Source: the human T2T-CHM13v2.0 reference genome, Homo sapiens
Reading direction: 5' to 3' (one strand)
Length of the DNA stretch: 64,000 nt
Assembly (NCBI RefSeq): GCF_009914755.1
Contig: NC_060935.1
In this document: positions 1 through 11,319 of the stretch, piece by piece
Position numbering within the stretch: position 1 is the stretch's first letter
Layout of the letters: each line of letters begins with the position of its first letter
Program-made: the position numbers and the translations under genes
Notes under the pieces: model-generated
The model's database searches: none
What the model saw: the letters and a program-made list of their open reading frames with translations, nothing else
Told to the model about the DNA's origin: nothing

Positions 1-790
1 ATTTTAATGTCTCAGGGTGAGGATAAGCCAGTATAGGCTATATTTGTTCCTTGCTGATGGCCCTAGTCCCTCTGGCTAAGATTAGGGCTAGATATTCGAC
101 TTGCTCTAGGCAAAGCGGGGCCCTCAACCTAGACATCATGTACTCTTGATTAGCTAGAAAGTTCAAGAGATCTAGAGTAGCCTGCTGGCATGAGGCTTCC
201 AAACTGGTAGCCAAATGTAAATCATCCACATACTGAAGGACCAGAGTGTCTGGACTTGAGAAGTGGCCTAGATCTTGGGCCAGTGCCTGACCAAACAGAT
301 GAGGGCTATCCCTAAACCCTTGGGGCAAGACCGTCCACGTAAGTTGGGATGTGTGGTCTGTGGGATCCTCAAAGTCAAAGAGAAACTGGGAGTCAGAGTG
401 CAGGGAAATACAGAAGAAGGCATCCTTGAGGTCCAGAACCATGAACCATTCTGCTTTCTCTGGTATTTGAGAGAGCAGGGTATAGGGGTTGGGTACAACT
501 GGATATAGAGGAATTACTGCCTCATTGATGAGTCTAAGATCTTGCACTAGTCTCCACTGACCATTCAGTTTCTGTACTCCTAGAATTGGGGTGTTGCAGG
601 GACTGCCGCATTTCCTTACTAAGCCTTGAGCTTTTAAATGTTTAACAATGTCCTGTAATCCTTTATGAGCTTCAGGCCTTAAGAGATATTGCCTTTAATA
701 AGGAAAAGTGGTGGGATCTTCTAACCTGATTTGGACTGGGCAGGCATTTTTTGCCCTTCCAAATTGTCCTTCCAATGCCCAGACTTCAGG
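1..790 (-). pseudogene. pol: HERV9 pol, reverse transcriptase domain (in-frame stops)
   Basis: Motifs WRLVQDLRLIN, LDLKDAFF, LPQGF and YVDD (221-232). Frame open from 694 to 41, with stops at 695-697 and 38-40. Right boundary approximate. Confidence 0.93.
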
Positions 791-1165
791 GTTGATTCCC
801 TCCTCAAGCAGGGGACAACAAATGAGTAACTTGTTCCCCATATTCATGTAGATAATAGCTCCAGCCTTGGCTAATATATCCCTCCCTAATAAGGGTGTGG
901 GACTTTCAGGCATAACAAGAAAGGCATGTGAAAAGAGCAAAGTCTCCCAATTACAACTGAGGAGGTGGGAGAAATACCTGGTTACAGGCTGTCCCAGGAT
1001 TCCTCAGATGGTAATGGACCTTGAGGACAGTCGTCCAGGACAGGAGATTAACACTGAGAAGTCTGCGCCAGTGTCAAGGAGGAAGTCAATTTCCTGGCCC
1101 TCAATGGTTAAACATACCCAGGGCTCAGTGAGGGTGATGACAGCTGGCTCTTGCCCCAGGCACCC
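790..1165 (-). pseudogene. pro: HERV9 aspartic protease
   Basis: FLLDTGADFSV (DTG at about 1067-1075) and PTPLLGRDILAK (ORF 695..940). Confidence 0.9.
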
Positions 1166-2629
1166 TCAGTCCTGTTGTTGGATCATCTGGTTGGGGGCTT
1201 CTGACCCAGAGAACCTTCATCCTCTGGGGCATTGCATCTTCCAGTGATTGCCTCAGCATAGTGGACATGGACGAGGGGGCAGCTTGTTTCTCATTGGACA
1301 ATCCTTTTTAAAGTGTCCAAGTAAACTACAGTGATAACAAGCCCTACCGGGTGATTGGCCTGCTCCATTTTCTGTCCTCTCTGAACTACCAAGATTTGTT
1401 TGTCTGATGGCCATGACTAAGGCTGCGACCTTTCTCTGATCTTGCTTTTCCTTTTGGACCTGTTCCTCTTGGTTCCTATTATAGAACACTGAGGTTGCCA
1501 GGTTTAATAATGCCTCTAGATTTTGTTCAGGGCCCAGGGCTTGCTTTTGGAGCTTTCTTCTGATATCTGCAGCTGATTGGGTAATAAACTTATCTTTTAG
1601 AATCAATTGACCCTCGAGTAAGTCAGGTGACAGGGGAATATATTTTCTTAAGGCCTCCCATAGCCACTCAAGGAAGGCAGAAGGATTTTCTTCCTTTCCC
1701 TTAGTTATGGTGGACATCATTGAACAATTCATGGGCTTTTTTCTAATTCTCCTTAGTCCTTCTAGAACACAGGTCAACAGATGTCTACAACTCCAGTTCT
1801 CATGATCTGAGTCAAGGTCCCAGTGGGGATCCATACTGAGGATGGCTTGCTGATCAGTAGGGAATTTGTCCCTTTCTTTGGTGTCATTCTATCATTTACT
1901 TGACTAAGATACCAGGTATCTCCAAACTCTCGGGCTGCAGCTAAAGCTGCATTCTTTTCATTAAAGGCCAGGGTTTGATCTAACAGTAGCATGACATCTC
2001 TCCAAGCGAGGTTGAAGGTTTGCCCTAGACCCTGTAGGACATCTATATACCTATCAGGATCATCTAAAAACTTCCCCAGGTCTGCCTTAATCTGCTTTAA
2101 ATCAGAGAGGGAGAAGGGGACATGTACCCGGGTTGGGCCAAATTTCCCTCCCCCTACAGCTTGAATGGGACATAACTGATAGCCCGTGGAGGGGGTGTTT
2201 GTGATCCTTTGGAGAGTTCTTTGCTTATTTCCTTCTGGGCAGGGGAGATTAGAGGAGGATTATCATTAATAGGAAGGGGAGCTATAGGGAGGCTAGGATA
2301 TGGGGGTAAGCTGAGAGGTCCACCTGTGGGACGTAAATTGTAAGCTTTGCATAGTTATGTATTCCCCCTCAATGAAAAGAAAGCTTGGACATAAGGTATT
2401 TCACTTCATTTGCCTTCCCTCTCACAGAAAAGGTCAGCTGCAGGATAGTATTGTAATTTATACTTCCTTCAGGTGGCCATTTTTCCCCATCAGAGAGAGA
2501 ATATTGGGGCCAAGCCATAGTGCAGAAAAAAATGAGCTGCCTCTTTTTCAGGGTTTATGGGTCAAACTGGTCCCAATGGCTTAGGATGCATTTCAAGGGT
2601 GAGCCTGTTGATGCCTGAGTGTTTCCCAT
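1166..2629 (-). pseudogene. gag: HERV9 gag (disrupted)
   Basis: Start MGNTQAS at 2629. MHR-like KGKEENPSAFLE, FITQSAADIRRKLQK, CCHC finger CYHCSLLGHFKKDC. Second finger CPLC is broken by TGA. Gag TGA at 1166-1168. Confidence 0.92.
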
Positions 2630-3854
2630 CTGAAAGACAAAACCGCCCACACTTTTGGTTTGTTTTGTTTCTCCTCCTGCCCAAGAGCCCACAACAGTCC
2701 CTGGACCCTGCTGATCAGAATAGTTGCACTCACTGATGCAGCAGCAGAAACACTAGTTTCCCTCCCAGACCACATGGTGGACTGAGGAAGTTCGGATTTA
2801 GTGGCCCTTACCAATGCATTCTCAAAAACCTGCACCCTTGCCTGTCCTCCTAGACCACAAGGAGCACCAAGAAAAATCGGATTTAGTGGCCCTTACTGAC
2901 GCATTCTCGAAAACCTGTTAGAGTCCTAAGCATTCTCCTGTTAGTATTGGGACTTTACCTTTGTCCTATAAAGATGTTATGCCCCAAAAATGAAGTGGAG
3001 GGCCATACCCTGAGGGAGGGAATGGATCTCCAGAGTTGGAAGAGTGATGCCTTTTGTCCTCACTTATATGAATAGGAAGGATACAATTTCTGAGGCTCCC
3101 CATATCCTAGCTTCAGGAATAGCTTTTGTTAGGCCTGTTAGTCTGAGGAGGGATCCTAAAATTCCAGGTAGTCCCCACTATGACGGGGCTTTGGGCAAAA
3201 ATTATGTCTTTCTGATTGGTGAGCCCAGGTGGCTAAAGAACGTAACAGAGCCCTGGAGTTTATACTAGAAATCATTCTTATAGGAGAAACTAGAAAAGCA
3301 CCAGAGACAGGTAGTGATTTTTAGAAGTGGGACTAACCTTGGAGAAGAGAGGTGAGAGGAAGTTTGCCTGGCAGGCATTAGGACCTAGGGGGCAAAGGTC
3401 AGGATAGATAGGATAGATGGGTGAGTCTCGCTTGGGTGACATGCCTTTGAGAGTTCTGCTCATGACCACAGGGTCAACCATCTTGTTGTCGGGACCCCGG
3501 AGTTGCATGGCTTTCCTCTCCGTCGACCCTCGGCTCAGCCCAGAAGTACAGGAAAAGTGGAAGCTGGTTCTAGGCAAACCAACGCTCCCAACTCCAAAGA
3601 GTCGGGAGTTGTTAGAGAGCCCTTTCCCAGAAAGCCTGACACCAGTGTCTTTAGTCTGGCGGCTAGTCCCCTTTAATTGACTGACAGGTGCCAGGTATTT
3701 AGCCACTGAATTCTAAGGAAAAATAGGACAGAATAGCAAGCGAAAGGGGTCCGATGGTACTCACTGCTTGGCGATAGGTGACAGTCTCGCCACTCAGCGG
3801 TAGGCGATGGTCTCACCCCTTGGTGATAGTCTCATCACTTGGTGATAGGCGATA

Positions 3855-3872
3855 GTACCTTCGTTGTTGCCA
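3855..3872 (-). promoter_or_regulatory. HERV9 primer-binding site (tRNA-Arg type, degenerate)
   Basis: TTTTGGCAACAACGAAGGTACT immediately follows the LTR end ...GGACACA on the minus strand. Confidence 0.7.
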
Positions 3873-3875
3873 AAA

Positions 3876-5475
3876 TGTGTCCAGAATTGGTGGGTTCTTG
3901 GTCTCACTGACTTCAAGAATGAAGCCACGGACCCTCGCGGTGAGTGTTACAGTTCTTAAAGGTGGTGTGTCTGGAGTTTGTTCTTCTGATGTTCGAATAT
4001 GGGATGTGTTCAGAGTTTCTTCCTTCTGGTGGGTTCATGGTCTCACCAGCTTCAGGAGTGAAGCTGCAGACCTCTGCGGTGAGTGTTACAGCTCTTGAGG
4101 CAGCATGTCTGGAGTTGTTCACTCCTCCTGTCCGGAGTTGTTCATTCCTCCTGGTGGGTTCGTGGTCTCGCTTGCCTCAGGAGTGGAGCTGCAGATCTTT
4201 GTGGTGAGTGTTACAGCTCATAAAGGCAGTGCGGACCCAAAGAGTGAACAGCAGCAAGATTTATTGCAAAGACTGAAAGAACAAAGCTTCCACAGTGTGG
4301 AAGGGGACCCGAGCAGGTTGCCACTGCTGGCTCGGGCAGCCTGCTTTTATTCCCTTATCTGGCCCTACCCACATCCTGCTGTTTGATCCATTTTACAGAG
4401 AGCTGATTGGTCTGTTTTACAGAGAGACAATTGGTCCATTTTGACAGGGTGCTGATTGGTGCATTTACAATCCCTGAGCTAGACACAAAAGTTCTCCAAA
4501 TCCCCACTAGATTAGCTAGACACAGAGAACTGATTGGTGCATTTACAAACCTTGAGCTAGACACAGGGTGCTGATTGGTGTGTTTACAAATCTTAAGCTA
4601 GACACAGAGTGCTGACTGGTGTATTTACAATCCCTTAGCTAGACATAAAGATTCTCCAAGTCCTCACTAGATTAGCTAGACACAGAGCACTGATTGGTGC
4701 ATTTATAAACCTTGAGCTAGACACAGAGTGCTGATTGGTGTGTTTACAAACCTTAAGCTAGACACAGAGTGCTGACTTGTGTATTTACAATCCCTTAGCT
4801 AGATATAAAGGTTCTCCAAGTCCCCACTAGACTCAGGAGCCCAGCTGGCTTCACCTAGTGGATCCCGCACCAGGGCCGCAGGTGGAGCTGCCCACCAGTC
4901 CCACGCCATGGCCCGCACCCTTCAGCCCTTGGGCGGTCAATGGGACCAGGCACTGCAGAGCAGGGGACAGCACTCGTCAGGGAGGCTCAGGACGCACAGG
5001 GGCCAATGGCGGGGGTTGAGGGGAGACTCAGGCATGGTGGGCTGCAGGTCTCAAGCCCTGCCCCACCGGGAGGCAGCTGAGGCCCGGCAAGAAGTCAAGC
5101 ACAGCGCCGGTGGGCTGGCACTGCTGGGGGACCCGATGCACCCTCTGCAGCTGCTGGCCCAAGTGCTAAGCCCCTCACTGCCTGGGGCCAGTGGCACTGG
5201 CTGGCTGCTCTGAGTGCAGGGCCTGCCAAGCCCATGCCCAACCATAACTCGCACTGTCCTGTGAGTGCCTCACTCAGCCCCGGTTCCCGCCTGCCCCTCT
5301 CCCTCCACACTTCTGCGCAAGCAGAGGGAGCTGGCTCCGGCCTCAGCCAGCCCAGAGAGGGGCTCCCACAGTGCAGCGGTGGGCTGAAGGGCTCCTCAAG
5401 CATGGCCAGAGTGGGTGCTGAGGCTGAGGAGGCTCCGAGAGTGAGTGAGGGCTGCCAGCATGCTGTCACCTCTTA
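3876..5475 (-). mobile_element. LTR12-family 5' LTR (~1.6 kb; C/D/E subtype not resolved)
   Basis: Begins TAAGAGGTGACAGCATGCTGGCAGC and ends CCAATTCTGGACACA. GC-rich distal U3, 40-bp CCAAT repeats, U5 repeats GTGAGTGTTACAG x3. Confidence 0.95.
4340..4830 (-). promoter_or_regulatory. LTR12 U3 enhancer/promoter: tandem ~40-bp CCAAT (NF-Y) repeats, GATA site and AATAAAA TATA-like box
   Basis: Seven intact ATTGG on + (4406, 4430, 4455, 4533, 4574, 4693, 4734) plus two degenerate copies. Minus-strand CAGATAAGGGAATAAAAG at about 4344-4361. Confidence 0.85.
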
Positions 5476-7100
5476 GTACAATTTGCTGAGTAGTTGGAGC
5501 CAGTAATTTCAATAATATTGCATATGAGTGCCTAAATGAGGGAGATCACAGTTTTAAGACTGTGGGTAAGCCCTGTGAGGCACCATTCATTTTTTCCAAC
5601 TTTAAGAACAGGCCAAATAGGGCTGTTAAATAGAGACACAGTGGGGGGTAATCACTCTTCTTCAAATAGGTCTTATATAATGATTTTAATTTTTGAAGTT
5701 TCTGTTTTAATTTACATTAGGCAGTATTAACTATTTAAGTAGAGAGGGATCGTCCATAGGGTCCTATTTTGTAAATCCAGTTTATAAGGGATAAAAATTT
5801 AATTTTAGTTTATTAGCTATTGGCTTAAAGCATTCATGCCTACTATGGGATATTTTAAAGCAATGGATGCTATGATCAAGGAAATTTAGGCAAGGTGATA
5901 GTTCTGGTAATTAAGGTGACACATAACTCTTTGTTCTCTTTTATGTTCAGTAACTCACTTAAGATTATAGGGGGTACCTTGTTTAAATTTAGTGGGATCC
6001 TCAGGTACAACTAATTTAGGCCACAGTATGGATGAAGGCTGTAAGATTTGCCAGTTGATATATTTCAGCAACTTTTAAAGTTAATTTAGAACTTGTATTT
6101 TAGATGTGCAAAAGCTGATCAGCATTCTTATTTTTTGTATGTAAATTCTTTAAGTAAATTTTGGATTTTCAATTGGGTCAAATTTTGGACCTCTGTTTCA
6201 CTTTTGTTTGTTTGTTCCTTCCTCTTGTATCCAGGTTTCTTTCTTTTCTTTATTTCTTTTTCTGGTACTTCCTTTATTTCTTCCTTCCTTCTTGCCTGCC
6301 TGCTCGCTGGCCATGTTGCTCGTTATGGGATTACTTTGGAAGTGAGGAGGTACTCTCTACTCTGCTCATATTTTTAAATAAGAGATTCTTCAAGAGATTC
6401 TCAAACCAGCATCATCAGCATTAGGGGCCTCTCTCATGGCGGTGGTAGAATTAGCCTTTGGCTGTGCCACAGGTGTGCAATAGGTATTTTCCTTACAACC
6501 TTGAGGATCAGGATATTTTCTGGTGACAGAGGCATAGGCAGCAGCAGCAGCAGCAGCAAAAATAGGATGTATTTGCATTTAGGAGTGTGACTTAAGCATG
6601 CCACACAGTAACTACTTTTCCATGCAAGTGACCACCCGGTGGATATCAGTGTTTCCTTTGAGTGTGCTATAGAATGGAGATAACACCTGGTTGAGGCATA
6701 TGACCATGGGGCCCAGGGTAAAAGTTGTCCTGAGCTTATGCTAGAATCAAGACATATGATTTTTTTCTGAGACTTACACAGGTCTGGGTTAAAGCACAAG
6801 AGCCAGGGTCACTTTAACAAGGGCTCCAATACCATCACCTGGCTCTAAATGTCAGTTATAATATCTGACTTAGATCCATTAAATCTATAACAAAGCCTTG
6901 GTAGGACTCACCAAATGCAGCATAAACTGGCACAGCTCAAAGAGAAAGCTCACCAACAGGCATGAAATTCCGTTAAAAAAGCCAAATCAAATGAAAAAAG
7001 ACTTCCATTGGTGGTAATTGTGGTCTATACACCCTGCTCACAGCACCAAGTATAGTGCCCACTGCTCTCCACACAAAACACCAAGCCAGTTGCCTTTCCT
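5476..7100 (-). mobile_element. Decayed class III (ERV-L/HERV-S-like) endogenous retrovirus internal region (gag-pro-RT start)
   Basis: Manual minus-strand translation gives TVSLFNSPIWPVLKVGKNEWCLT (RT N-terminus; FNSPIWPV at 5607-5630) and AFIHTVA*I/VVPEDPTKFKQG (degenerate protease ALIDTGA..PGDP, about 5975-6050). Right boundary uncertain. Confidence 0.7.
6538..6558. repeat. (GCA)7 trinucleotide repeat
   Basis: Read directly from sequence. Confidence 0.95.
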
Positions 7101-7191
7101 TTATCTTTGTAGCCATTTTTGGACTTAATTCAATACACCCTACTTTCTCCAGTAAGCTTCATTATGTGAGGAGTAAATATTTTTAGGCCCT

Positions 7192-7196
<5 letters not shown>

Positions 7197-7241
<45 letters not shown>
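7197..7241. repeat. (TG)~22 microsatellite
   Basis: Read directly from sequence. Confidence 0.97.
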
Positions 7242-7243
<2 letters not shown>

Positions 7244-7458
7244 GCGGGGAGGGGGCAATGTTCTTGTGACATCATCAGACTGAACCCAAACCAAATTTTG
7301 GATAGAGTCCATACTTTTTCAGCTGGATGGCTACAGCAGCTTGTCTAGTGGGGCTGAGAATGTACCTTTCAAATGAGCTCCCAGGTGAGACCACACTTTG
7401 GATAACAAGATTCTAGAGTTCTTTTATTGCTTAAGGTCTTAAGATGCTGAACAATTAA

Positions 7459-7574
7459 TACCTACTGTAAATGACGAGTTAATGGGTGCAGCAAACCAAC
7501 ATGGCACATGTATGCCTATGTAACCAACCTGCACGTTGTGCACATGTACCCTAGAACTTAAAGTATAATAAAAA
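7459..7574 (+). mobile_element. 5'-truncated L1PA 3' end (~115 bp)
   Basis: L1PA terminus ...CACATGTACCCTAGAACTTAAAGTATAATAAAA. TSD aagatgctgaa(c/t)aattaa at 7441 and 7575. Confidence 0.9.
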
Positions 7575-7679
7575 AAGATGCTGAATAATTAACCACGAAA
7601 GAAAAAGTGTATAACAGCCAAAAGCATTCAATGAAAATGAAATTGAGGAGCAAAAAAAAAAAAAAAAAAAAAAAGATGT

Positions 7680-7975
7680 GACAAATATATCCAAATACCT
7701 GTATAACAAATCCAAATATATCAGTGATCATAGTAAACATAAATGAACTGAAACTGGCAGGTAAAAATATAAGTTGCTTGTATGTTATTTTTGAAGACCA
7801 AGAAATGTAAAGACAAAAAAACTTGAAAGTTAAGATTAGAAAAAGATACACCAGGCAAATACTAACTGAAAAGAAAAGGAAAAGCTAGGTTAGGATAACT
7901 ACATCAAAATCAGAAAAAATACATCTCTGATAAAAACAATTAAATGGCAAAGAGAGGATCAATGTATAATGATAA
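7680..7975 (+). mobile_element. Old L1M ORF2 endonuclease fragment, interrupted by the Harlequin provirus (resumes at 15934 to about 16000)
   Basis: Joined flanks translate CIMITGLIH*DLITILNLYPLNN, similar to L1 endonuclease YIMIKGSIHQEDITILNIYAPN. Confidence 0.75.
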
Positions 7976-8437
7976 TAAGGGAGGAGACCACCCCTCATAT
8001 TGTCTTATGCCCAATTTCTGCCTCCAAAGAAAGAAGAAGTAAAAACTAGAAGGCACAAATGAAATCCACAGGCAGACATCCCAGCACTGCACCCTGGGCC
8101 TGGTAGTTAAAGATTGACCCCCGACCTAACTGGTTATGTTATCTATAGATTCCAGACATTGTATGGAAAATCATTGTAAAAATTCCTGTCCTGTTCTGTT
8201 CCATTCTGATTACCAGTGCATGCAGCCTCCAGTCACGTACCCCCTGCTTGATCAATTGATCATGACCCTCTCACCTGGACCCTCTTAGAGTTGTGAGCCC
8301 TTAAAAGGGACAGGAATTGCTCACTTGGGGAGCTCAGCTCTTGAGACAGGAGTCTTGCTGATGCTCCCAACTGAATAAACCCCTTACTTCTTTAACTCGG
8401 TGTCTGAGGGTTTTTGTCTGTGGCTCTTCCTGCTACA
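7976..8437 (+). mobile_element. LTR2 5' LTR
   Basis: TAAGGGAGGAGACCACCCCTCATATTG...GCTACA. TTAAAA box at 8301, AATAAA at 8374. Confidence 0.95.
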
Positions 8438-8442
8438 TTTCT

Positions 8443-8460
8443 TGGTTCCCTGACTGGGAA
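8443..8460 (+). promoter_or_regulatory. Primer-binding site, tRNA-Glu
   Basis: TGGTTCCCTGACTGGGAA, one mismatch from the canonical HERV-E PBS TGGTTCCCTGACCGGGAA. Confidence 0.92.
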
Positions 8461-8700
8461 GCAAGGTGATTGGAGGATGGTGGAGGCAGCTCCTTAGGGG
8501 GCTTAAGCCTGCCCTGTGGAACATCCCTGCAGGGGACTCTGACCAGCCCGAGCAATGCGGATCCTGAGAGCGCTCTCAGGTAGGCATTTGCCCTGGTGGG
8601 ACGCCTTGCCAGAGTAGTGTGTGGCAGGCTCCTGTGGAGGATCAATGCAGTGGCTGAACACCAGGAAGGAACTGGCACTTGGAGTCTGGACATCTAAAAC

Positions 8701-8709
8701 TTGGTAAGA
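8701..8709 (+). promoter_or_regulatory. HERV-E leader major splice donor
   Basis: TTG|GTAAGA, GT at 8704, about 265 nt after the 5' LTR. Confidence 0.7.
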
Positions 8710-9060
8710 CTGGTTTTTAGAACTTGCCCACTCCATTTGAGTGGAAGCATGGCCTGATCACCCACGGCGTGCCTTTATCGGTGCTTTGGTTTTGGTTTTG
8801 ATTTGGTTTGGATTGCTTGACAGGACTGGTCTTAGGAACTTGCCCACTCCATTTGAGTGGAAGCGTGGCCTGATCACCCACAGCGTGCCTTTATCGGCAC
8901 TTTGGTTTTGGTTTTGGTTTTGACTTGGTTTGAATTACTTAACAGGACTGGTCTTGGGAACTTGCCTACTCCATTTGAGAGGAAGTGTGGCCTGATCACC
9001 CATGACGTGCCTGTACTGGCACTTTGGTTTTTGTTTTTGACTTGACTTGGATTGCTTGAT
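8706..9060 (+). repeat. Three ~118-bp tandem leader repeats
   Basis: GACTGGT...AACTTGCC(C/T)ACTCCATTTGAG..GAAG..TGGCCTGATCACCCA starting at about 8706, 8821 and 8943. Confidence 0.9.
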
Positions 9061-9256
9061 ACTTTGGTTTTGACTTGGCTTGGATTTCTTGATAACCTGA
9101 TTTTGGTTTTGATTCTGGTTTGGCGTAAACTGTAAAAGTGTGTGTGTGCCCTTTTTACCCATTCTTTGTTTTGTGGTGTGTGTGTGGTGTGAGCGTGGTG
9201 TTTTGTCTTGAGGGAACCTGGGTGAGACACAAAGTAAGCCCACCCCACTAGGAACT

Positions 9257-9510
9257 GTGTTGAAAAATTTCAAAAAGGGATTTAAAGGAGACTATAGAGT
9301 TACTGTGACACCAGGAAAACTTAGAACTTTATGTAAAATAGACTGGCCAGCATTAGAGGTGGGTTGGCCATCAGAAGGAAGCCTGGACAGGTCCCTTATT
9401 TCAAAGGTAAGGCACAAGGTAACTTGTAAAGCCAGGGCACCCAGACCAGTTCCGGTACATAGACACCTGGTTACAGCTGGTTTTAGATCCCTCCACAGTG
9501 GTTGAGAGAA
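9257..9510 (+). pseudogene. gag: HERV-E-type gag matrix fragment
   Basis: LKNFKKGFKGDY..KLRTLCKIDWPALEVGWPSEGSLD is a gammaretroviral MA motif. Confidence 0.8.
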
Positions 9511-9527
9511 CTGCAGCATAAGCAGCT

Positions 9528-10075
9528 GGCAGAGGCAGAGAGAGAGAGAAAGACAGAGAGGAGAGAGAGACAGGCAGAGAGGAGAGAGAGAGACAGGAGA
9601 GAGAGACAGAGAGGAGAGAGAGAGAGGCACAGAGGAGAGAGAGAGACAGAGGAGAGAGAGGCAGAGAGGAGAGAGAGAGACAGAGGAGAGAGAGGCAGAG
9701 AGGAGAGAGAGAGAGGCACAGAGGAGAGAGAGAGACAGAGGAGAGAGAGGCAGAGAGGAGAGAGAGAGAGGCACAGAGGAGAGAGAGAGACAGAGGAGAG
9801 AGAGGCAGAGAGGGGAGAGAGAGAGGCAGAGAGAAGAGAGAGAGGGGCACAGAAGAGAGAGAGACAGAGGAGAGAGAGGCAGAGAGAAGAGAGAGAGGGG
9901 CACAGAAGAGAGAGAGACAGAGGAGAGAGAGGCAGAGAGAAGAGAGAGAGAGGCACAGAAGAGAGAGAGAGACAGAGGAGAGAGAGGCAGAGAGGAGAGA
10001 GAGAGAGACAGAGAGAAGAGAGAGAGAGGCAGGGAGAGAGAGATTGGGGCAGAGAGGAGCGCAGAGGCAGAGAGG
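9528..10075. repeat. GA-rich polypurine minisatellite (~540 bp)
   Basis: Almost T-free array of GAGGAGAGAGAG(G/A)CA-type units. Confidence 0.95.
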
Positions 10076-11319
10076 GGCCAAATGAGGCCACTGACAACCT
10101 GTAGCCTTCTATCAAAAATCCTTAACTCAGTAATCCACGGATGGCCCAAATACATTTAACCTGTAGTGGCAACTGCTTTGCTAACAGAAGAAAGTAGAAA
10201 AATAACTTTTAGAGGAAACCTCATTGTGAGCACACCTCAATAGTTCAGTTCAGAACTATCCTAAAACAAAAAGACAAAAAAGTAGCTTACTAACTAAAAA
10301 ATCTTAAAGTATGGGGCTCTTCTGTTAGAAAAAAAAGGGAGAATTTATATAAAGAGGAATGTTATATGGTAAATTATTGTCCTAAAATAGGGAAGAATTT
10401 ATATGAAAAGGAATGTTATATGGTAAATTATTTTCTAAAGTAAATTAACTGTTTTTTTTTAAAAAAAAAAGGTTATAAAAGGAAATTTGTGCAAGAAATG
10501 TTGTATAATTTAAAAGTAATTAGGCCTCCTAAATATAAAACTATTAAAGAAATACTTTATATGCAAGGTATATAAGGAAAGTAAAATATACTTTTGGTAG
10601 AAGAATTATAAGGAGGCATAAGAATATAAAGTTTTACCTATATTAAAAGGTTAAAAATATGTGTATTTTGTTTTAAAGGTTTGATCAAGTTTTAAAATGT
10701 TATTTGGAAAGAAAATTCTGTGTGTAAACATTGGCAAAAGTTAAAGAGGTATCATCCAGTTTTTCTGTAAACTGGACATTAAAATAAAAGCATAACACGT
10801 TTTTCTTAAAGCACCAACCTGCTCTTTAGCAAAAATTATAAAAGGCTAAAAAGAGTCTATAAAATCTTACCTTATGGTCAAACATTGAAAATTGGATAAA
10901 TATGTCTACAAGGTTTTATTAAAATTAGGTTTAACATTAATAACACACTAATATAAAGGTAAAATTAAGCTTATCTGGTATAAAAATCATACAGGAAGCA
11001 TTGTTAAATGTAAAATGGTATTTGGCTTTCTTTGGCTTAAAAAACTAAAGAAAAATAATATAACAAACTAAAAAAAACTAAAAAAGTTTAGTTTAAAAAA
11101 CTTAAAAGTATATATATAAAATATAAAAATAGGTGCTAAAGGAAATTTCTCAGTAAAAAAGGCACTAAGGACTATAAACTCCACTGCCAAGGTCCCCACA
11201 TTTAAAACAAAAGGTCAATTTCTTAAAAATTATATACTTGGTTTATCTTCCATTTTCCTTTCCCTCAAAAACTAAAAGTCTTTTAGCACATGTACCACCC
11301 CTAGAATTTCCGGTAAACC

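Larger units (their letters stand above)
1..5475 (-). mobile_element. HERV9 (ERV9) provirus, 5' part (5' LTR12, leader, gag, pro, RT); runs off the left window edge
   Basis: Minus-strand gammaretroviral Gag, protease and RT translations in canonical order downstream of a PBS and an LTR12-type LTR. Confidence 0.95.

Noticed and set aside
867-1247. 126-aa plus-strand ORF and similar ORFs over HERV9/LTR12
   Set aside because: Antisense shadows of retroviral pro/gag or GC-rich LTR sequence
4380-4830. Regularly spaced ~40-bp repeats resembling a CRISPR array
   Set aside because: No unique spacers, eukaryotic context; standard LTR12 U3 repeats
6390-6799. Poly-Ala/poly-Leu ORFs suggesting a processed pseudogene
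   Set aside because: Runs come from (GCA)7; no recognisable protein, polyA or TSD. Region is better explained as decayed ERV gag/leader
9292-10155. Long ORFs (200-287 aa) on both strands, S/L/C-rich or E/R-rich
   Set aside because: Artefacts of the stop-free GA repeat; low complexity with no domain
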